Positions 50,722-56,176 of a stretch of DNA of 56,176 nucleotides are shown piece after piece (within the stretch, counting starts at the first letter, position 1; each line of letters opens with the position of its first letter). Origin of the DNA: an uncultured virus (IMG/VR IMGVR_UViG_2061766007_000215) (Duplodnaviria > Heunggongvirae > Uroviricota > Caudoviricetes); IMG/VR virus record IMGVR_UViG_2061766007_000215. One strand, written 5' to 3'. The position numbers were made by a program, and so were the translations under genes. Under the pieces are notes generated by a model that was not told where the DNA came from, searched no databases, and saw nothing but the letters and a program-made list of their open reading frames with translations.

Positions 50722-51696
50722 ATGAACAATAAAAATAAATATATTGGTTTGACGAATAAAATGAATTGTGGTATGAGTTGTACAATAATTGATTTTCGTA
50801 ATACCAAAGATATAGATGTTCAATTTGAAGATGGTAATATTATTAAAAATAGAAATTATTACTGTTTTTTAAAAGGAAAAATATTAAATAATAATTTTCC
50901 GCATAATTGGACTAATATAGAAAATTTAATTAATAAACGTTTTAGTCGATGGAAAGTAATTAGTTTTGATAAAAATTCAAATAATAACATAGCACATTGG
51001 ATATGTCAATGTGAATGTGGAACTATTAAAAGTGTTGCGGGTAGAGATTTAAAAAACGGAAAAAGTAAATCTTGTGGTTGTTTAAAAAACGAATTAGCAT
51101 CAATAAGAAGTAGAAAAAACACAAAAACAAATAAACTTAAAGAAAAATATCCCGAATTAATTAAATATTTAGTAAATAAAAATGATAAAGAATTAACTTT
51201 ATCAGTAACCAATAATATAAAATGTATATGCCCTATATGTAATACTTATAAAACATATAGTAGTATGAGAACATTTGTTGCATATGGATTTACTTGTCCT
51301 AATTGTTCATCTAAAATTTCTTATCCTAATAGATTTATGTTTAAAGTTTTAAATCAGTTAAATATTGAATTTAAAACAGAAAAAACATTTAAATGGTCAA
51401 ATAAGAAAAGATATGATTTTTATATTCCTAGTTTGTCTTGTATAATAGAAGTGCAAGGAAATCAACATTACAGAGATAGCCAATGGTCTAAAGTGGAATA
51501 TCAACAACAAAATGATAAATTAAAAGAAATTTTGGCTTTATCTAATGGAATAAAAATATATATACAATTAGATTGTAAAAATAGTGATTTTAAATATATG
51601 AAACAATCTATTTTAAATAATGATAAAGTAAATAAATTATTTGATTTATCTAAAATAGATTGGGATGCAATAGAAAAAGAACTAAAGGAGGTATAA
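50722..51696 (+). CDS. Free-standing putative homing endonuclease (Zn ribbons plus PD-(D/E)XK/Vsr-like domain)
   Basis: WICQCECG...SKSCGC, CPIC/CPNC, RYDFYIP...IIEVQGNQHY. Confidence 0.75.
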   Translation: MNNKNKYIGLTNKMNCGMSCTIIDFRNTKDIDVQFEDGNIIKNRNYYCFLKGKILNNNFPHNWTNIENLINKRFSRWKVISFDKNSNNNIAHWICQCECGTIKSVAGRDLKNGKSKSCGCLKNELASIRSRKNTKTNKLKEKYPELIKYLVNKNDKELTLSVTNNIKCICPICNTYKTYSSMRTFVAYGFTCPNCSSKISYPNRFMFKVLNQLNIEFKTEKTFKWSNKKRYDFYIPSLSCIIEVQGNQHYRDSQWSKVEYQQQNDKLKEILALSNGIKIYIQLDCKNSDFKYMKQSILNNDKVNKLFDLSKIDWDAIEKELKEV

Positions 51697-51698
51697 AG

Positions 51699-52184
51699 TT
51701 GGTTACGTTTAAAGATATACTTGATAGAGCGTACATTACATTATTTACCGACTACAAGTTAGATAAATTAGTAGAAGTTGACGAACAAGCATTTTATACC
51801 TACTTAGGAGGTTTTTTATGTAATGCCACAGATATATTTGATAGTTGTTTAACAGATTTATCATATCACCCTGTTGAAGAAGTAATAGAGAAAGATAATC
51901 AACTTGTTAGAGTTACGAATTATGTGTTCGATAACGAATTATCAAGTAAAGAAATATATATTTTATCTCTTGGTGTTGCTTTAGGTTGGTATAAGAAACA
52001 ACTTGATGATGTTACTCAATTTAGATTGCATTTATCTAATAAAGATTTCAAGTCTTATAGTGAACAACAGAATTTACAACGTAGACTTGAAAGATTAGGT
52101 GCTATGGAAGAGGATTTATCCGAAGAGATACAAAAGTATCAACTTGCTAACTTAGATAAACTCCCGTATTTTGGGGGTGAGTAA
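51699..52184 (+). CDS. Putative head-tail adaptor (second copy 55993..56176)
   Basis: Position; AAGGAGG RBS before TTG; homolog starts MVTFK. Confidence 0.55.
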   Translation: MVTFKDILDRAYITLFTDYKLDKLVEVDEQAFYTYLGGFLCNATDIFDSCLTDLSYHPVEEVIEKDNQLVRVTNYVFDNELSSKEIYILSLGVALGWYKKQLDDVTQFRLHLSNKDFKSYSEQQNLQRRLERLGAMEEDLSEEIQKYQLANLDKLPYFGGE

Positions 52185-52186
52185 TT

Positions 52187-52338
52187 ATGTTTGCTTTTAA
52201 TAGAGAAAGTTATACTAAAAATATTGCTCAGACACCAAAAGAATATTGGGAAGGTTTACATCAAGCAACTATAGATACTATGTGGAGAGATACCACACAG
52301 ATATATAATATAAAAGAACAGGACGCTTTACCTTTTAC
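52187..52338 (+). CDS. Structural protein N-terminus (likely continues at 53567..54443)
   Basis: Truncated by gap. Confidence 0.5.
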
Positions 52339-52579
52339 NNNNNNNNNNGTTTGGTGGAACATTCTCACATCAAGATAACGCTTATGATAACGCTAATAAG
52401 ACAATTGAATCAACTACCGAAAAGGCATGGGAAGTTGCCGTAGTCACGAACTCAGTTGCGGGCGTTGTAAAGAAGCTCCACTAATTTATAGAAATATAAA
52501 TTATAAATATATTAGGGGAAATAAAAATTTCCCCTAAGTACATATTGACAAATCATTCAAAATATGATATAATATAATC

Positions 52580-52666
52580 ACAGACAGGACAGAGGGTTGC
52601 AAACCTTTTCTATCTTTTCTCCCAAAGATAGATTACTGTCTGTAAAATACATTGGGAGATAATATT
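52580..52666 (+). ncRNA. Three-way-junction RNA leader with loop-RBS pairing, copy 2
   Basis: Begins at the predicted start of promoter TTGACA 52545 / TATAAT 52568. Confidence 0.7.
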
Positions 52667-53500
52667 ATGAGTGATAGAAAATATTGTGTGTATAAACATA
52701 CTTCTCCATCAAATAAGGTTTATATTGGAATAACTTTTAATCCAAAAAGACGTTGGTATGATGGAAATGGTTATTTACATAAAAGAAAAGATGGTAAATA
52801 TAATCAACCTTTATTTGCAAGAGCAATACTTAAATATGGTTGGGATAATTTTGCTCATGAAATTTTAGAAGATAATCTTTCCAAAGAACAGGCTTGTGAA
52901 TTAGAGAAAAAATACATACAAGAATACGATTCTACAAATCCACAAAAAGGATATAATATTTCTTTTGGTGGAGATATTTTAATGTATGGAAAAATCCATT
53001 CAGAAGAAACTAGAAAATTACTTAGGCAAAAAACACCTAAAAGTAAAGATTATTATAGAAGTATTAATCAATACGACCTTGATGGTAATTTTATAAAAAC
53101 TTGGAAAGATAGTTCTGAAATATATGATAGTGAATTTAAACCATATTGTGCAGTTATAAAGAAATGTTGTTATAGACAAAAACATTATTTAACTGCTTGT
53201 AATTATCAATGGCGTTATATTGATGATTGTGAAGATATAGGTAAATTATGCAAAATAAAACCACCAACTAAAGTTAGACAACTTTATGAAGTTAATCCTA
53301 TAAATGGTGATATAATAAAACATTATAATTCTATAACGGAATGTAGTAATGAATTAAATTTATCATTTAGGAGAATAATGGATTGTTGTCGTGGTGTAAC
53401 AATATCGGTTGATAAACGTTTATTTATCTATGTAGAAGATTATGATTCTACATTAAATGAAAGATTAATTAGATATAATAATAAATATAGGCATAATTAA
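52667..53500 (+). CDS. GIY-YIG homing endonuclease with NUMOD-type repeats (one strain only)
   Basis: CVY...VYIGIT..PKRRW...E...GYN; HSEET; INQYDLDGNFIKTW. Confidence 0.85.
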   Translation: MSDRKYCVYKHTSPSNKVYIGITFNPKRRWYDGNGYLHKRKDGKYNQPLFARAILKYGWDNFAHEILEDNLSKEQACELEKKYIQEYDSTNPQKGYNISFGGDILMYGKIHSEETRKLLRQKTPKSKDYYRSINQYDLDGNFIKTWKDSSEIYDSEFKPYCAVIKKCCYRQKHYLTACNYQWRYIDDCEDIGKLCKIKPPTKVRQLYEVNPINGDIIKHYNSITECSNELNLSFRRIMDCCRGVTISVDKRLFIYVEDYDSTLNERLIRYNNKYRHN

Positions 53501-53566
53501 AATATGCCTAGTACATAGAATAGAGGAATTAAAATATGGCTGAAACAAAACGTAGGNNNNNNNNNN

Positions 53567-54443
53567 ATATGGTAATATAATTAAACAACCTTGTTATTTG
53601 GGAACAGATGTAACATCTACAAATAACCTTATAGGTAAAGATGGTATTGTTCCTAATGCAAGATTAATTATACTTATTCAAGCAAACGATTTTACTAAAT
53701 CTATAGTCAAAAACCAAAGATTTATGTTTGAACATTCTACGGCTTTTAAAGTAGAAGAAGTAAATAATTATATGCAGGAACAAGGTACAGATGGTCAAGT
53801 AACTTGTATTAAAATATATATTAACTATAGTGCAATTACGCCTAATGATAATGTAGAACTTAATATTTGTGATTATTATGATACTGATTATACTATTAAG
53901 ATAAATCAAGAAAATAATATTAAACAAGTAACAGGATTTACAGGAATATTAACGGCTACTGTGAAGAATATTGATACTGTGGTTGAAGGTTTACAAGTTA
54001 ATTGGTATTCAAGTGATAATACAGTTGTTAAAATAGATAATAATGGCAATTATGAAATAGTTGGTAATATAGTTGGAAATAAAGCAACTATTACCTGTTG
54101 TTTGGATGTTAATAAAGAAATAAAAGATTCTATTGATGTAGAGATTGTTTCAAGTGTTGTTACAAATAAGGTTATAGTAGTTAATCCTAATGATATAAAA
54201 CTACTTAAAGAAAGAGATAAAGTAGACTTTATTTGTAATGTTTATGACGAGGGAGATTTACAACCCGATGTGGTTAACTGTATTGGTAGTGGCGTACCCG
54301 ATAATTGTTATACTCTTACTAGCAATCATAGTGGCTATAAACTTATCATACATAAAAAATACAACACGCCACTTACATTAACATTTAGTGCAATGGGTTG
54401 CGCTGATTATGTGATGACTATTAAACTTATAGGATTATTATAG
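53567..54443 (+). CDS. Structural protein with Ig-like domain (5' end in gap)
   Basis: VNWYSSDNTVVKIDNNG...GxATIT Big_2-like motif. Confidence 0.7.
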
Positions 54444-54452
54444 GGGTGAAAT

Positions 54453-55067
54453 ATGTTAGCAAATGACAACAATTATATGGCATTTAATAACTTTAAAGAA
54501 ATGCCCCAATTACCTTATAAGGTAGTAACAACCTTACTTACTGATGAAAGTAAATCAGCAGAAGATTTTTGGAAACTCCTAAAGTATGTTGATAATGATG
54601 CGTTGTCTAAACCTAATTTAACTTATGAAGAAAAAATGGATTTAATTTGGGATGGAAATTCATTAGAACAAAATTATAATGTTTTTCTAAAACCTTTAAT
54701 TGGTTCTTCTTTAGATAATGCAGAAGCACAAACACAATTAAGAGTATTTAGATTTACTACAATGCCTACTTCAAGATTTGAAGCAGTTATGACAATAGAA
54801 GCAGATTTTATTACTAATGAAAAAACTTGTTTAGTATATCAAGATGGTATATTATGTGAACGTACAGATGTAATGGAATCTTTATTCTTAGATGTTATGA
54901 ATGGTAGAGATATTGAAATAGGTAGTGGGGTTGTAATGTTCGATAGAGAACTTAGTCGTTCTTGTAATTCACAATTAAATATAGGTAACTCAAAAAGTTT
55001 CTATGGTCGTTCACTTGTAATGGCGTTAGAATTTATAAGTGGAGAAAGTGGTGGTCTTTGTGGTTGA
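54453..55067 (+). CDS. Putative neck/tail-completion protein
   Basis: Position, ORF. Confidence 0.5.
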   Translation: MLANDNNYMAFNNFKEMPQLPYKVVTTLLTDESKSAEDFWKLLKYVDNDALSKPNLTYEEKMDLIWDGNSLEQNYNVFLKPLIGSSLDNAEAQTQLRVFRFTTMPTSRFEAVMTIEADFITNEKTCLVYQDGILCERTDVMESLFLDVMNGRDIEIGSGVVMFDRELSRSCNSQLNIGNSKSFYGRSLVMALEFISGESGGLCG

Positions 55068-55872
55068 TATTAAAGACCTAGAATTAAGATATTTTTGTAA
55101 TGGATTTAATGTTCCATATAAGGTAAAAGAGGGTGGAGAATTAAATATAAAACCTATATTAGTAAAAGATTATCCTTATTATGAAGTGGCTAAAAATATC
55201 TTAGAAATACCAAAAAATGAAACTGATAATATTGAAGTAATTAAAATGTCGTATTTGGAGTTTTTATTTAATATTATAAATGCAAATGATACTTATAGAG
55301 ATTTTTTTATTAAAATATGTGAATTATGTTTAGGTTATGAAAAAATTGGAATTATAGAACATAACAAAAAACATTGTGTAGCATTATGTGATGAAGAAGA
55401 AATAGTAAAATATATTATAACTCCAAAAGAATTTGACGAAATTATTAAAATTATACTTAATCAAAATGATGCTCATTATGATGGTAGATATGTTAATCCC
55501 GAAGTAAGAGAACTAATGGAACAATATTATAAGGTTAAGTATTCTAATAGTAGAACACCTACATTAGAAGAAAAGAAAGCCTATGTTACAAGTCGAACAG
55601 GAATAGATATTAATACTATTAATGAAATGACGTATAGATATTTTGATTTGGTATATGGTTCAAGTGTCAATAGTGAATTTTATATTGCTCAAAAAATAAT
55701 TCAAGGTTCATATAAATATGATGTTAAAGAAGATGTTAAACACCCATTGTTTGAACCTAAGAAAGACCCTTATGCTGAAATATTTGAAGATACAAGTATT
55801 CTTGGTGAAAAAGGTATTAGTGGGGCAGATAAATTAAATGCTCAAAACGCTAAAATGATGCTTGAAAATTAA
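55060..55872 (+). CDS. Hypothetical protein of the tail module
   Basis: Long ORF overlapping the upstream stop. Confidence 0.65.
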   Translation: MVDIKDLELRYFCNGFNVPYKVKEGGELNIKPILVKDYPYYEVAKNILEIPKNETDNIEVIKMSYLEFLFNIINANDTYRDFFIKICELCLGYEKIGIIEHNKKHCVALCDEEEIVKYIITPKEFDEIIKIILNQNDAHYDGRYVNPEVRELMEQYYKVKYSNSRTPTLEEKKAYVTSRTGIDINTINEMTYRYFDLVYGSSVNSEFYIAQKIIQGSYKYDVKEDVKHPLFEPKKDPYAEIFEDTSILGEKGISGADKLNAQNAKMMLEN

Positions 55873-56176
55873 AGTTAATAACATAAGGTAAAACTTATGT
55901 TTATATAGTATATAAGATAACTNNNNNNNNNNCAAGAGTGTTGGATTTGAAATATATTCCAACACTCTAATAATAAAAGAAAGGGGTATGCTAAATGGTC
56001 ACTTTTAAGAATGTACTTGACCGAGTATATACAACTCTCTTTACGGATTATAAACTCGATAAATTAGTTGAAATAGATGAACAAGCCTTTTATGATTTTC
56101 TTGGTGGCTTTTTGGTAAACTCCATTGATATATTTGATAGTTGTTTAACAGATTTATCATATCACCCTGTTGAAGA

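Noticed and set aside
25844..53927. Short antisense or alternate-frame ORFs inside RNAP, head and tail genes
   Set aside because: Shadow frames without RBS, overlapping well-supported genes
1..56176. Stop-codon reassignment
   Set aside because: Long genes are intact in code 11 and TAA, TAG and TGA all end genes; fragmentation is explained by gaps

Overview
AT-rich genome segment of a large tailed phage of Bacillota (Firmicutes), inferred from consensus sigma-A promoters, GGAGG ribosome-binding sites and SPbeta-like gene order. (1) 1-17 kb is an early/accessory region of many small genes, most with their own TTGACA-17-TAnnnT promoter. It carries a dispersed palindrome AATATTATAATATT (19 perfect copies counted by eye), a perfect parS site, a class II glutamine amidotransferase and two amidoligase-type genes. 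(2) 18.8-29 kb holds guanylate kinase, a HAD deoxyribonucleotidase, small hypothetical genes, GIY-YIG genes and DnaA boxes. (3) 24-37 kb holds a YonO-like single-subunit RNA polymerase, HU-like proteins, YonK-like and YonJ-like (metallophosphoesterase) genes, and structured non-coding regions. (4) 38-56 kb holds terminase, portal, protease/scaffold, decoration protein, major capsid, head-tail genes and three optional free-standing endonucleases. From about 18 kb onward many genes occur twice as diverged copies separated by N gaps, so the scaffold almost certainly interleaves two related phage strains. That lets the copies be compared for RNA covariation and gene presence/absence. Best leads: the palindrome-marked, promoter-per-gene cassette array; a covarying RBS-pairing RNA leader on two unrelated endonuclease genes; candidate antisense sRNAs complementary to translation-start regions; and parS plus DnaA boxes. 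All protein calls come from motif recognition by eye, not database searches.
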